The notes under the pieces are model-generated. The model did no database searches. It had not been told where the DNA came from and saw nothing but the letters and a program-made list of their open reading frames with translations. Of a stretch of DNA of 64,000 bases, positions 37,850 through 51,855 are shown one piece after another; within the stretch, counting starts at the first letter, position 1, and the number at the start of each line of letters is the position of its first letter. The DNA is taken from NCBI RefSeq assembly GCF_963921235.1, contig NC_086099.1, forward strand, positions 131,936,001 through 132,000,000. The letters are read 5' to 3'. This DNA is from Mobula hypostoma (taxonomy: Eukaryota). The position numbers and the translations under genes are program-made.

Positions 37850-38470
37850 CGAAGAACTAAATGAGAGACTATGCCAAGTCAGCATATGCAAACTGGCAGA
37901 ATTCTTCATGTGCACCTGTTTTAAATTTAACAATATGCTTTACAAACAGCTGAAAGGGACACCAATGGTTTCCTCCATTTCTGGATTCATAGTAGAAGCT
38001 GTCATACAAAAGTTAGAAAAGGCAGTGTTGCCAATTATAAACTCTAAAATTTGGATGTGTTACATTGATGATACCTTTGCAATAGTAAAAGACAGAGAAA
38101 TTGAAAGAACTTGTAAACTGATCAATGGTGTGTTCAACGATATTAAGTTCACAATGGAAACAGAAACCAAGGGGAAACTAGCATTCTTTGGACGTGATTG
38201 TTAATAGAAACAGACAGCACTTTGGAAACTTCCATTTATCATAAGGAAACACGTCCAGATCAGGTCCTAAATTAATACAGCAACCCCCCCAAATGCACAC
38301 AACAGTGGTATCGAAACTTTGTTCCGAAGAGCAGAGACGCACTGTGGCACAGTGGAACTAAAGAATAAAGAGGAGAAAGATATCTTTAAAATATTTGTAT
38401 GAAAAGGATGCCTGCAGAACTTCATACAAAGATGCCTATGAGGTCGAGAATGCACCAACCAAGAAGCAAC
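37850..38470 (+). mobile_element. Penelope-like RT fragment
   Basis: FKFNNMLYKQLKGTPMVSSISG...WMCYIDDTF...IKFTMETE...LAF motifs of a PLE RT, with frameshifts. Confidence 0.82.
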
Positions 38471-39689
38471 CAAATAGGCGGAGTGGAAATTCTGGACCAA
38501 ACTTGAATCAGTGAGGGATGTTCAACAGTTGTGGCAGGGTTTGAGTGCTATCACCTCTTATAAAGTTAAATCAAGGGACATGGGAGACAGAAGGGCTTCA
38601 CTTCCAGATGAGCTCGATGTCTTCTATGCTCGCTTTGACCATCAGAACATGGAGGTGCCATTGCAAACTCCCAAATCCTCTTAGATTTCAGTCTCTAAAG
38701 CGAACATGTGGGTTGCCTGCAGGAGGGTGAACCCACAAGAAACATCCAGACTGGACAGGGTATCTGGCCACACACTAAAGACCTGTGCTGATCAACTGGC
38801 TAGAGTGTTGACAGACGTCTTTGACCTCTTGCTTTGGCAGAGTGTGGCACACAGCTGCCTCAGGCAGGAGCTCAGGATGAATATCACTCCATCGCACTGG
38901 CATCCATCGAGATGAAGTGTTCTGAGAGGTTGGTAATGGAAAATTTCAGCTTCTGCCTCTGAGGCGACTTGATCTGCTCCAATTTGCCTACGGGAGCAAC
39001 AGCCCCATAGCAAATGCCACCTCCTTGGCTCTTCACTCAATCCTGGAACATCTGGGCAGCAAAGATGCATACATCAGGATGCTGTTTATTGAATGCAGCT
39101 CAGAATTCAATACCATCATTCCTTCAGAACTAATCAATAAACTCCAAGACCTTGGCCACAATACCTCCTTGTACAATTGGGTCCTAGATTTCCTCACTTG
39201 TAGACCCCAGTCAGTTCAGATTAGGAACATCTCCTCCACAATTTATATCAACACGTGCAACAATACTGCGTGCTTAACCCCCTGCTCTACTTGCTTTACA
39301 CTTAGGACTGTGTAGTTACGTACAGCTCCAATGCCATATTCAAGTCTTCTGATGACACCACTGTTTTTGGGCTGAGTTATAAGTGGTGGTGAATTAGCAT
39401 AGGAGAGAGATTGAAAATTTCGATGAGTGGTATCGTAACAACAACCTCTCACTCGAGGTCAGCAAGGCCAAGGAACTGATTGTAGGCTTCAGGACAGCGA
39501 AACCAGAGATCCATGAGCCAGTCCTTATCAAAGGTGGAGAGGGTCAGCAACTTTAAATTCCTAGGTATTACTATTTCAGTGCAAGTGCAATTGTGTAGAA
39601 AGCATTGCAATGCCTCTACTTCCTGAGAGTTTACAGGGATTTGGCATGACATCTAAAACTTTGATGAATTTCTATAGATGAGATCTGGA

Positions 39690-41085
39690 AGATTATAAGA
39701 TTATAAAGCTAGCAGGAAGGAGCTTAAGAATGAAATTAGGAGAGCCAGAAGGGGCCATGAGAAGGCCTTGGCAGACAATATTAAGAAAATCCCCAAGGCA
39801 TTCTACAAGTATGTGAAGAGCAAGAGGATAAGACGTGAGAGAATAGGACCAATCAAGTGTGACAGTGGAAAAGTGTGTATGGAACCGAAGAGATGGCAGA
39901 GGTCTTAATGAATACTTTGCCTCAGTATTCACTACAAAAAAGGATCTTGGCGATTGTAGGGATGACTTACAGCGGACTGAAAAGCTTGAGCATGTAGATA
40001 TTAAGAAAGAGGATGTGCTGGAGCTTTTAGAAAGCATCAAGTTAGATAAGTCACTGGGATCAGAGGAGATGTACTCCGGGCTACTGTGGGAGGTGAGAGA
40101 GGAGATTGCTGAGCCTCTGGTGATGATCTTTGCATTATCAGTGGGGATGGGCGAGGTTCCAGAGGATTGGAGGGTTGCAGATATTGTTCCCTAATTCAAG
40201 AAAAGGTGTAGAGATAGCCCGGGAAACTATAGACCAGTGAGTCTTACCTCAGTGTTGGTAAGTTGATGGAGAAGATCCTGAGAGGCAGGATTTATGAATA
40301 TTTGGAGAGGCATAATATGATTAGGAATAGTCAGCATGGGTTTGTTAAAGGCAGTTGTGTCTTATGAGCCTGATTGAATTTTTTGAGGATGTGACTAAAC
40401 TAAACTCTTTGGGTCCGAGGCCATAGGATACTCAAAGCTGCTGCACAGGTTGACTCTGTGGTTAAGAAGGCATACGGTGTATTGGCCTTTGTCAGTTGTG
40501 GGATTGAGTTTAGGAGCCAAGAGGTAATGTTGCAGCTATATAGGACCCTGGTCAGACCCCACTTGGAGTACTGTGCTCAGTTCTAGTCGCCTCACTACAG
40601 GAAGGATGTGGAAACCATAGAAAAGATGAAGAGATTTACAAGAATGTTGTCTGGACTGGGGAGCATGCCTCATGAGACTAGGTTGAGTGAACTCGGCCTT
40701 TTCTCCTTGGAGGGTCAGAGAATGAGAGGTGACCTAATAGAAGTGTATAAGATGATAGGCATTGATCGTGTGGATAGTCAGAGGCTTTTTCCCAGGGCTA
40801 AAATGGCTAGCACGAGAGGATACAGTTTTAAGGTGCTTGAAAGTAGGTAAAGAGGTGATGTCAGGGGTACGTTTTTTACGCAGAGAGCAGTGGGTGCGTG
40901 AAATGGGCTGCCGGTGATGGTGGTAGGAGTGGATGCGATTGGGTCTTTTAAGAGACTCCTGGATAGGAACATGGAGCTTAGAAAAATAGAGGGCTATGGG
41001 TAACCCTAGGTAATTTCTAAAATAAGTACATGTTCAGCACAGCTTTGTGGGCCAAAGGGCTGTATTGTGCTGTAGGTTCTCTATG
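39690..41085 (+). mobile_element. CR1 LINE (internally deleted) inserted into the Rex1-like element
   Basis: LNEYFASVFT...VPEDWRVADIVP, NYRPVSLT and RMRGDLIEVYK motifs, plus the 3' tail. Confidence 0.88.
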
Positions 41086-41689
41086 TTGTGTGTGTGCTGG
41101 AGAGAGTGTACTGACTCTCGGCATCACAGCCGGTATGGAAACATCAATGTACTTGAACAGAAAACCCTATTAAAAGTTGTGGACAGGGCCCGGCCAATCA
41201 TGGGTAGAGCCCTCGCAACCATTGAGCTCTTCTAATGTATAGGAAACATTGTTGATGGAAAACAGCATCCATCATCAGGGAAACCCCACCACCAAGGTAA
41301 TGCTGCCTTCTCACTGCTGTGTTCAGGTACAAGAGCCTCGGGTCTAGTTCACCAGATTCAAGAACAGTTGCTCCCTCTCGACCATCAGGGTCTTGAAGAA
41401 AAGGAGATAATTTCACCCTACTTCATTATTAAAATGTTCCACAACCCATGGACTCACTTTCAAGGGCTCTTCATCTCATGTTCTTCATACTTAATGCTAC
41501 TTATTTTGCACATCTTGTTGTCTTCTGCACTCTGATTGAATGCCCAAGTTGGGTGGACTTCCATTGATCCTGGTCTATTGATACTATTTCATTGATGCCA
41601 TTCTATAGATTTGTTGAGTATGCCCGCAAGAAATGCATCTCAGGGTTGTATATGGTGAGATATATGTACTTTCACTTTGACACAAGCTT

Positions 41690-44560
41690 CCACACGTAAA
41701 GCCACGTTAATTGTCCCTAATCAGTCCCTGTCTATCCGAATACTTGTATATCCGGTCCCTTAGACTATCTTCCAATAACTTATCCACTATTGTTCTCTTG
41801 ATCTCTAGCTTAAGGTCCTATAATTTCCTGTCCTATTCGGATGACCATTCTTAAACAATGAACCAACATTAGCTATCCTCCAATCTTCTGTCACCTCAAC
41901 AAAGATGTTCTAAATATCTCTGCTAGGGCCCCTGTAATGTCTGCACTAGCCTCCCAAGGGGTCCAAGGGAGCACCTTGTTGAGCACTGGGGATTTGTCCA
42001 CCCTAATTTACCTCAAGAAGCCAATTACCTCCAGCTCTGTAATCCACATATGATCCATGACCTCATTGCTGCTTTGTCTCACTTCTATAGACTGTGTCCA
42101 TCTCCCAAACTCCGATAGATGCAAAATATCCATATATGATTTCCTTCATCTCTTTTGGCTTCATGCGTGGATAACTGCTCTGACCTTCCATAGGACCAAT
42201 TTTGCCCCTTGCTATCCCTTTTCTCTTACAATATCTGTAGAAGCCTTTGAGATTATCCTTCACCTCGTCTACTGGAGCAAGCTCATGTCATCTTTTTCCT
42301 TAAGTATTCCCTTGCATTTTTGTACTGCTGAAGTAATTCATTTTTCTCTTATATGTGCTGTGCACCTCCTTTTTGTTAATCAGGGCTTCAATATCTCTTG
42401 AAAACCCAGGTACCCCAAACCTTTAATCCTTTGCTTTTATTCTCATGGGAACATGTAAACTCTGTATTCTGAAAGTTTCACTTTTGAAGGCCTCCCACTT
42501 ACCAAGTACACCTTTGCCAGAAAATATCTTGTCCGAATTCACATTTGCCAGACCCTTTCTAATACCATCAAAATTGGTCCTTCTCCAATTTAGAATCTAA
42601 CCCAAGGAGCAGACCTATCCTTCTCCATAACTATCTTGAAACTAATGGCATTATGATCACTAGATGCAAAGTGTTTCCCTAAACAAATATCTACCACCCA
42701 CCCTGTGTATATTTATTGATTAAGGAAGCTTTCTTGAAAACATTTGACAAACTCTACACCCCACATCTACTCCTTTTACAGTAAGGCAGTTCCAGTCAAT
42801 ATGTGTAAAATTAAAATCACCTACTATAACAACCTTCTGTTTCTTGCAATAGTCTGTGATCTCTCTACAAGTTTGCTCCTCTAAATCCCACGGACTGTTG
42901 GGTGGTCTTTAATATAATTCCATTAACATGGTTATCCCTTTATTCTATAGTTTTACCCAGCTCTGCTGTCTGAGCACTCCCATGACCTGACTAGTAATGT
43001 CACCCTTCCCCATTTAGTCCCTCCCACTCTTGTGTCTAAAACAGCTGAACCCTGGAACTTTAAGCTGCCACTCCCACACCCCCCTGCAACCAAGTCTACT
43101 TAATTGCTATAGTGTCATAATTCCACGTGCTGATCCATGTACTACTGCCATAAAGCTAATGAATTTCATGACATATGCCGGTGATATTAATTCTGATTCT
43201 GTGCAGCACTAGTAAACGTTTTTGCAAGGATATTTGTCCCCCTCCAGTTCAGGTGCAAACAGCCTCTTTTGTACAGGTCCCACCGTCCCTGGCAGAGAGC
43301 CCAATGATCCAAAAATCTGAACCCTTCCCTCCTGCCCCACCTCCTTAGCCACGTGTTCAGTTCTATGATCTTTCCATTTATGGTTTCACTAGCACGTGGC
43401 ATGGGTAGCATCCCTGGACATCCTGTCCTTTAACTTAGCACCTAGCTCCCTGAACTTACTTTACGGAACCTCATCAACCTTCCTACCTATGAATTTGGTA
43501 CTGATATGTCGCACAACCTCTGGCTGCTTATTCTCTACTTAAGAATGCTATGGGCTTGATCCGCAATGTACCATTCCAAAATCTCGCTCTTGTCCACAGA
43601 ACTGCCTGTCTGTTCCCTTAACCAGTGAATCTCCTATCACTACAGCTATCCTCTTCTCCCACCTTCCCTTTTGAGCCACAAGATCAGACTCTGCCATAGA
43701 CCTTTCCTCTGCTAGGTCATCTTTCTTCACCCCACCTACCCACCCACCCAACCCCCAACAGGTCCAAAGTGGTTGTGAGGGCACTGGACACAGGGCGGCC
43801 TATCCCCTTCCCTGTCCTCATGGTCACCCAATTCGCTGTGTAACTACCTCCCTGTATGTCCTGTTGATAAACCCCTCCGCCTCTACTGATTGTGGAGTTC
43901 ATCCAGTTCCAGCTCCCTTGCCTTAACACGTCCTGAAAGAAGCTGCAACTGAATGTACTTCTTGCAGGTGCAGGTATCAGGGACACCATAGGTCTCCCTG
44001 CCTTTCCACATCCTGCAAGAGGAGCATTCCACTCTCTCCTGCCTGGCATCCCTACTGCTCTAACTCTGTAATGAGGGAAAAAAATCTACCTACAGCCCTC
44101 TCTCCGAAGCTCTGAGCCAAGGCTTGAACTCCCCACGGTAACACTGGCCCACGCAAACAATTGCCCCTCCACTTAAACCTAACTTTCTGTTGGCCCTTGC
44201 CAAGTGCCTAATTATGCACAATCCAACATCTTGGGAACTATGGTGTGCACAATGTCCCAAATGACCCCTTTTGCTTCTTTTGAACTCGCTCGCTCTCCCT
44301 CCACGCAGTCCAATGTCTCCCCAAGAACTGTGGTAAACAAATCTATCACTTCCATATCCTCCTGAATGAGGGGAAGGTCATCCAGCCCCAGTTCCCTGAC
44401 ACGCACTGTAAGGAGTTGCATCCAGATGCACTTCTGTCAGATGCAGCTATCGGGGCGACTGTCGTTCTAGCACTGCTTGCATGAAGAGCATGCACTGACC
44501 TGCGATCCATTCTCATAACTGCAGCCAGACACTAACAGACAAAAAAAGAGAAATGGACAG
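41690..44560 (-). mobile_element. Decayed CR1 5' half (ORF1 esterase and endonuclease region)
   Basis: AVVIGDSLVKGTDRQFCG, LNTWLRRWGRREGFRFLDHW...LHLNWRGTNIL, and KDNLKGFYRY motifs. Confidence 0.78.
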
Positions 44561-44917
44561 AAACCTCAGGCCAGTGAGTTCGCATCAGTTGTAGAGAAAA
44601 TATTAGGGGCGGGGGAGGGGGAAGAATCCCAAGAGACTGTGATTGAAAGTGTATGCTGTGGAAATATCCATATGTAAATTAATAATTGCATTCCTTTGCA
44701 CCTCCAAACTCTAAGAATCTGGAGTTCAATAAGCTAAATTAATTTGATTTGAACGTGAAAATAGACGATGTTGCTGTGATGTTTTCAGCTAAATGCACAC
44801 TTTTCTTGCTAACCAGTGGTTGTGATTATAAACAAAGTTTTTGATCAGAAATCACAAAGATAAACAGACTTAAACTTTGTGCTAACTTATTTTGCTGATT
44901 GATGCTCTTTTGTTTAG

Positions 44918-45106
44918 GGATTGTTAAAACTAGATTACCAAGGGATAGTGGTTCGTCTTCTGCAGGATGTTGTTATGCTTTCTGCAGCCGTGGAGCTCGG
45001 TGTTCGTTGGAGGGAGCTGGCAGAAAAGCTAGCCAAACTCTCAAAACATCAAATAGATGCATATGAAGCGCCTCACAGAACTAGAAGTGGAGAAGTCAGT
45101 CAGGAG
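44918..45106 (+). CDS. MACC1: MACC1 coding exon 3 (death-domain region, GLLKLDYQG...WRELAEKL...SGEVSQE)
   Basis: Acceptor ctcttttgtttAG at 44917 and donor GAG|GTGGG at 45106. 189 nt, phase 0/0. The translation matches the MACC1 region LLKMDCQ...WRELAEKL...YEIPHR. Confidence 0.94.
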
Positions 45107-45201
45107 GTGGGATGCTGATTTTTGCAATTCTGTGCTATAGATTGTGCAACTATTACTACTTCTTCAAAAAAATTCATACACTATTTGTTTATTTTTTCTA
45201 G

Positions 45202-45411
45202 ACCATGTGGAAACCTGCACATGACTTTCTTTACACGTGGAGCATAAAGTTTGGAGATGGATACCAAGATGTACTACAAGAACTACAAAATGCTCTGGAT
45301 AAAATGAAAAGCCCAGTTACAAGGCATTGGAGACATCTAACTGGTGTGCTCATTTTGGTGAATTGTTTGGAAATATTAAGGGCCAGTGCGTTCCCCACAC
45401 GTGAAGAGTAA
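45202..45411 (+). CDS. MACC1: MACC1 last coding exon ([14 protein letters not shown]...AFPTREE*)
   Basis: Follows a 95-nt intron (45107-45201) with acceptor ttttttctAG. The MWKPA.DFLYTWS...[10 protein letters not shown]-terminus is characteristic of MACC1. Stop TAA at 45409-45411. Confidence 0.95.
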   Translation, partial: TMWKPAHDFLYTWSIKFGDGYQDVLQELQNALDKMKSPVTRHWRHLTGVLILVNCLEILRASAFPTREE

Positions 45412-46760
45412 TAGATTATTTATTTAAATCATTATGAAATACAAACAATATCAGTTCTTAACCTCTGGAGAATGAGAAAGTTTATGTAATTGCTTGGTTG
45501 ATGAATATGATTTAGATTTAGAGTATGAATAGGGTTGAGATTTTGGATACCTATTTGCCTGCTGTGACTTGAATGAACAGCTGAAAGTCATCAATTTTAA
45601 AAATTTAGTTGAGTCTGGTATTCTTAACGATTTCCAGTTCAACTTTCATGTAGGATGACATTTTATTGAGGAAGCATTTTACCATGCTTTGGAAAACACA
45701 AGGGAAAAGTGGCTATGTGCAATTCAGTTTCACTTTTCTTTTGGGCCAGATTTGCTCTTTAAAATTTACATTTAAATTCAGAAAATTACTATTACATTCA
45801 AATTAAACATTGATGTTCCTAATGTTTAAAGTAATGGAAGCATGCAAAGATCTTTTATACTGTACATGCATGCAATTGCTGGTCTTAAACAGGATGATCA
45901 CCTAATCCACCTAACTCAAGTTCGCTTTTTTTTGCAATTTTACTTGATATTACTAATATGTTGGCTTTATATGTGTTGACTATTGATTTATATGTGCAAT
46001 TATAGCTACTGTATGTATTCATTTTGATACTTACTCCCAATCAGGCCTCTACCTGAACTTGTTATAAATCTTTGGGTCATGAATTACCATGATAATCCCC
46101 TTGTTTTTTTCCATTGCATCCAGATGATTACTGCCAAAATATCTAATGTGCTGGATGAAACACACAAAAACGTGAATAGTGGGTTTAAGTTATTTCCCAG
46201 AACTTACTAAAGTAGAAATAAAATGCAAATTGAACTACAGGGAAAATGGAGATGTGGAGGACATTTGACAAATTGTGTTTTTTTTGGTAACTGCTTCCAC
46301 CTTTACTGACATGCCCGATTTGTAGCATTTCTAACTGAAAAGTTGTCTGCCAATTGGCTATGCTGACTTTCATTAACAGGTGTGTAGGAGAATGGCTTAA
46401 AATCTTTTCAAAATAATTTGTGAAAGATAATGTTGTATTCATTTTTGTGTTCACCTATTTTATTCATTTTCCCTTATTCCTGGTTGTGCTTTAGGACAAG
46501 ATTATCTACTTTTGAGTTTAATAAAGATAATGTATCTTATTATTAGAAAATATGAATATCAGAAATGTCTCATTTTTATAATATGTAAAAGCTATTTTGA
46601 TGCACAACATACACAAACTGCATCTTACAGTACTAGGTATAACAGGACTTAATGGGGTTATGAATGAAACCATTTTTCATGCAGGTATTGGGCAAAAATG
46701 GGGCAATTGTAATATTTAAGTGTTGTTTATCAATAAAAGTTTTACAAATGAGATTTATCT
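45412..46760 (+). other. Probable MACC1 3' UTR with candidate polyadenylation signals
   Basis: AT-rich stretch with no recognisable TE after the stop codon. AATAAA at 46520-46525 and 46732-46737. A CR1 begins at about 46870. Confidence 0.55.
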
Positions 46761-46869
46761 ATAATTTAATTGTCCAGATTAAACAGCAGCTAGCATCTCA
46801 CCATGCTTATGATTATTGGAGTGAATTCTACAACAACATCATGTGATACACATGATAATTAAATACACA

Positions 46870-48470
46870 TGTTGTTCCCTTATTCAAGAAAGGGAGTAGA
46901 TATAGCCCAGGAAATTATAGACCAGTGAGTGTTACTTCAGTGGTTGGTAAGATAATAGAGAAGATCCTGAGAGGCAGGATTTATGAACATTTGGAGAGGC
47001 ATAATATGATTAGGAATAGTCAGCATGGCTTTTTCAAAGGCAGGTTGTGCCTTACGAGCCTGGTAGAATTTCTTGAGGATGTAACTAAACACATTGATGA
47101 AGGTAGAGCAGTAGATGTAGTGTATATGGATTTCAACAAGGCATTTGATAAAGGTACCCCATGCAAGTCTTATTGAGAAAGTAAGGAGGCATAGGATTCA
47201 AGGGGACATTTCCTTATGGAATCCAGAATTGGCTTGCTCACAGAAGACAAAGTGTGGTTGTAGATGGGTCATATTCTTCATGGAGGTCAGTAACCAGTGG
47301 TGTGCCTCAGGGATCTGTTCTGGGGCCCCTTTTTGTAATTATTATAAATGACCTGGATGAGGAAGTGGAGGGATGGTTTAGTAAATTTGCTGATGACACA
47401 AAGGTTGGAGGTGTTGTGGATAGTGTGGAGGGCTGTCAGAGGTTACAGTGGGACATTGATAGAATGCAAAACTGGGCAGATGGGGTTCAACCCAGATAAG
47501 TGTGAGGTGGTTCATTTTGATAGGTCAAATATGATGGCAGAATATAGTATTAATTGTAAGACACTTGGCAGTGTGGAGGATCAAAGGGATTTTGGGGTCC
47601 GAGTCCATAGGACACTCAAGGCTGCAGCACAGGTTGAATCTATGGTTAAGAAGGCATGTGGTGAATTGGCTTTCATCAACCGTGGGATTGAGTTTAAGAG
47701 CCAAGAGGTAATGTTGCAGCTATATAGGACCCTGGTCAGACCCCACTTGGAGTATTGTGCTCAATTCTGGTCGGCTCACTACGGGAAGGAAGTGGAAACC
47801 ATAGAAAGGGTGCAGAGGAGATTTACAAGGATGTTGCCTGGATTGGGGAGCATGCCTTTGAGAATAGATTGAGTGAACTCAGCCTTTTCTCCTTGGAGCA
47901 ACGGAGGATGAGAGGTGATCTGATAGAGGTGTAAAAGATGATGAGAGGCATTGATTGTGTGGATAGTCAGAGGCTTTTTCCCACGTCTGAAATGGCTAAC
48001 ATGAGAGGGCACAGTTTTAAGGTGCTTGGAAGTAGGTACAGATGAGATGTCAAGGGCAAGTTGTTTACGCAGAGAATGGTGAGTGCATGGAATGGGCTGC
48101 CGATGACTGTGATGGAGGCAGATATGATTTTTAAGACAAGGGTCCCCAACCTTTTACGCACCGTGGACTGGTTTAATATTCACAATATTCTTGCGGACTG
48201 GCTGACGGGGGTAGGGGGAGGTGTTCAAGTTCAGCAGTGCATGACAGAGAATGAGGAAAGATGCAACAGACTCATATCGCCAAATCATATCGTTTCCTCG
48301 CGGCCCAGTGGTTGGGGACCACTGTTTTAAGAGACTCCTGGATAGGCACATGGAGCTTAGAAAAATAGAAGGCTGCGGGCAACCCTAGGTAATTTCTAAA
48401 ATAAGGACAAGTTCAGCACAGTTTTGTGGGCCAAAGAGCCTGTATTGTGCTATAGGTTTTCTGTGTTTCT
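46870..48470 (+). mobile_element. CR1 LINE RT and 3' end
   Basis: [45 protein letters not shown] and VRPHLEYC motifs, with frameshifts. Confidence 0.92.
48137..48324. mobile_element. 188-bp hAT-Charlie-like MITE inserted in the CR1 3' end
   Basis: Termini CAAGGGTCCCCAACC / GGTTGGGGACCACTG. Perfect 8-bp TSD TTTTAAGA at 48129-48136 and 48325-48332. Confidence 0.9.
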
Positions 48471-49189
48471 AAATGTGAAAATCCAGAATTTCCTGTCATA
48501 GATAACCTACTATTCCAGTGGTTGGGGAGGGGAGAGGAGGAGTGGGAGGGAGATATCTACTGCAAGTTCTTGGCCAGAAATGTTGATAATTCCTTTTTCC
48601 TCATAGCTGTTGTCAGTCACAAAAGATTAGATAAAATATACAACTTAAATTAAGGGTAGAAACTGTGTATAGACTGTAATAATAAAACACCGATGTAAAT
48701 TTCGATGCTGATAGAAATTGCCACCGCATCATCAGATTTTGGAAGTGGCATTAGTGTTGCCATAGTACTGGCCAGCCATAGTTAGCAGTACCACCTTCAC
48801 TACTGAATCAGGAGTCTGGGTTATTGTCAGCAAGTCACAATCAGAAATGACATCAGTCCACAAAGAAGAAATCTTCTCTCCATGCCCTTGTGCAGATTTT
48901 TTACCACTCATGCAATTAGGACAGGAATTAGACAAAGCTGTCCAGGTAAGCTGTTTAATGGAATTTAGAACATTGAAACAGGAGCAGTCAAATAGGCCTG
49001 TATTTCTGCTTCACTGCCCTTCATACATGTCTGATCACTTCCTTGCATTAACCACCTTAATATTCCAAATAAGCTGATTTGTTTCTTGAATATACTGATT
49101 GCACCTCCACAGCATTCTTGGAATTCTATACTCTTACACAATTCCAAATATTCACTCCTCTCCAAATAATGAAATTTCTTCCCTCCTCT

Positions 49190-51190
49190 GACAAGGGAAG
49201 TAATGGACAGTATAAAAATAAAAGAGAAGAACTATAACATAGCAAAGACGAGTGGGAAGCCGGAGGATTGGGAAACTTTTAAAGAGCAACAGAAGGTAAC
49301 TAAAAAGGCAATACGCAGAGAAAAAATGAGGTACGAAGGTAAACTAGCCAAGAATATAAAGGAGGATAGTAAAAGCTGCTTTAGGTATGTGAAAAGGAAA
49401 AAGATAGTTAAGACCAAAATTGGGCCCTTGAAGACAGAAACGGGTGAATTTATTATGGGGAACAAGGAAATGGCAGACAAGTTGAACAGGTACTTTGGAT
49501 CTGCCTTCACTAGGGAAGACACAAACAATCTCCCAGATATAATAGTGGCCAAAGGACCTAGGGTAATGGATGAACTAAAGGAAATTTATATTAGGCAGGA
49601 AATGGTGTTGAATAGACTGTTGGGTCTGAAGGCTGATAAGTCCCCGGGACCTGATGGTTTGCATCCCAGGGTACTTGAGGAGGTGGCTTTAGAAATCGTG
49701 GATGCATTGGTAATCATTTTCCAATGTTCTATAGATTGAGGATCAGTTCCTGTGGATTGGAGGGTGGCTAATTTCTTCCCTCTCTTCAAGAAGGGAGGAA
49801 AAGAGAAAACGGAATTATAGACCGGTTAGTCTGACGTCGGTGGTGGGAAAGATGCTGGAGTCAATTATAAAAGATGAAATTACGACACATCTGGATAGCA
49901 GTAACAGGATCGGTCTGAGTCGGCATGGATTACGAAGGGGAAATCGTGCTTGACTAATCTGGAATTTTTTGAGGATGTAACTATGAAAATGGACAAGGGA
50001 GAGCCAGTGGATGTAGTGTACCTGGACTTTCAGAAAGCCTTTGATAAAGTCCCACATAGGAGATTAGTGGGCAAAATTAGGGGACATGGTACTGGGGGCG
50101 GAGTACTGACATGGATTGAAAATTGGCTGGCTGACAGAAAACAAAGAGTAGCGATTAATGGGTCCCTTTGGGAATGGCAGGCAGTGACCAGTGGGGTACT
50201 GGGACCGCAGCTGTTTACAATATATATTAATGATTTAGATGAGGGAATTAAAAGTAACATTAGCAAATTTGCCGATGACACAAAGCTGGGTGGCAATGTG
50301 AAATGTGAGGAGGATGTTATGAGAATACAGGGTGACTTGGACAGGCTGGGTGAGTGGCCAGATGCATGACAGATGCAGTTTAATGTGGATAAATGTGAGG
50401 TTATTCACTTTGGTGGTAAAAACAGGAAGGCAGATTATAAACTAAATGGAGTCAAGTTAGGAAACCGGGAAGTACAATGAGATCTAGGTGTTCTTGTACA
50501 TCAGTCACTGAAAGCAAGCATGCAAGTACAGCAGGCTGTGAAGAAAGCTAATGGCATACTGGCCTTCATAACAAGAGGAATTGAGTATAAGAGCAAAGAG
50601 GTCCTTCTGCAGCTGCACAGGGCCCTGGTGAGACCACACCTGGAGTACTATGTGCAGTTTTGGTCTCCAAATTTGAGGAAGGACATTCTTGTTATTGACG
50701 GAGTGCAGCATAGGTTCACAAGGTTAATTCCCGGGATGGCGGGACTGTCATATGTCGAAAGATTGGAGTAACTGGGCTTGTATACTCCGGAATTTAGAAG
50801 GCTGAGAGGGGATCTTATTGAAACATATAAGATTATTAAGGGATTGGACACGCTGGAGGCAGGAAGCATGTTCCCGCTGATGGGTGAGTCCAGAACCAGA
50901 GGCCACAGTTTAAGAATAAGGGGTTGGCCATTTAGTACGAGTTGAGGAAAAACTTTTTCACCCAGAGAGTGGTGGATATAGGGAATGCTCTGCCTCAGAA
51001 GGCTGTGGAGGCCAAGTCTCTGAGTGCTTTCAAGAAAGAGATGGATAGAGCTCTTAAAGATAGCAGAATCAAAGGTAATGGGGACAAGGCAGGAACTGGA
51101 TACTGATTGTGGATGATCAGCCACGATCACAGTGAATGGCGGTACTGGCTCGAAGGGCCGAATAGCCTACTCCTGCACCTATTGTCCATT
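49190..51190 (+). mobile_element. CR1 LINE, about 2 kb of ORF2 and 3' end
   Basis: KSPGPDGLHPRVL, YLDFQKAFDKVPH, KFADDTKLGG and VRPHLEY motifs, with a few stops and frameshifts. 3' hairpin gaagggccgaatagcctactcctgc. Confidence 0.93.
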
Positions 51191-51819
51191 GTCTCTCTCC
51201 TGAAGGATCAAGGTCTGGCTCCTGCTTCTATACAGCTCATCCAGGAAAAAAAACATGAGCTAACATTTACTCTGTCAAGCCTTGTAAGAATATTGTATGG
51301 TTCAATGAGAAAACCTGTAACTTCTCAAAGCTATCAGATGTACAATGTTTCAGATGTGGTCTTGCCAGGGCTCTATACAACTGGTACCCTTGTAATCAAA
51401 TTTCCTGCAATAAAGGTCAACATACATATTCCTCCTTACTCTACATACCAGTTAGCTTGTACTGATTAATACACAGGGGCACACAAGCTCTACTGCCTTC
51501 ACATTGCGTACGTATAAAGCTGCTGGAAGCTGTCTTTGAGTTTTTAATGAGATCTTGTGAAACTGCAGAAAGTAAAATGTGTGTTAAATTCAATACAGAA
51601 TCGTGTCTGTGAATCTATTAATCCTGTTGATTATTCTAGTAATCAGTGTTAACTAAGGTAATACACACATGCAGTACTCCATAACCATGTCATGGGGACA
51701 AGAGTAAACACATGGGTGCAACAATATCTTAAGGATTGATGATAAATATCAAAACTTCAAAATATATCTACTAAATGTTTACCAATATTACCAAAAATTT
51801 ATGACCCATAGGTATTGAT

Positions 51820-51855
51820 AGCACCATAGCACCCATAGCACCCATAGCACCAAAG
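51820..51855. repeat. Short tandem repeat (ATAGCACCC) x ~3
   Basis: gcaccatagcacccatagcacccatagcacc is directly visible. Confidence 0.8.

Larger units (their letters stand above)
36900..41680 (+). mobile_element. Rex1/Babar-like LINE, fragmented by Tc1, PLE and CR1 insertions
   Basis: Endonuclease-region remnant at about 36900-37485. RT remnants TLKTCADQLARVLTDVF and YIRMLFI..SSEFNTIIP...LYNWVLDFL at 38480-39680. The 3' part resumes at about 41090-41680. Confidence 0.7.
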
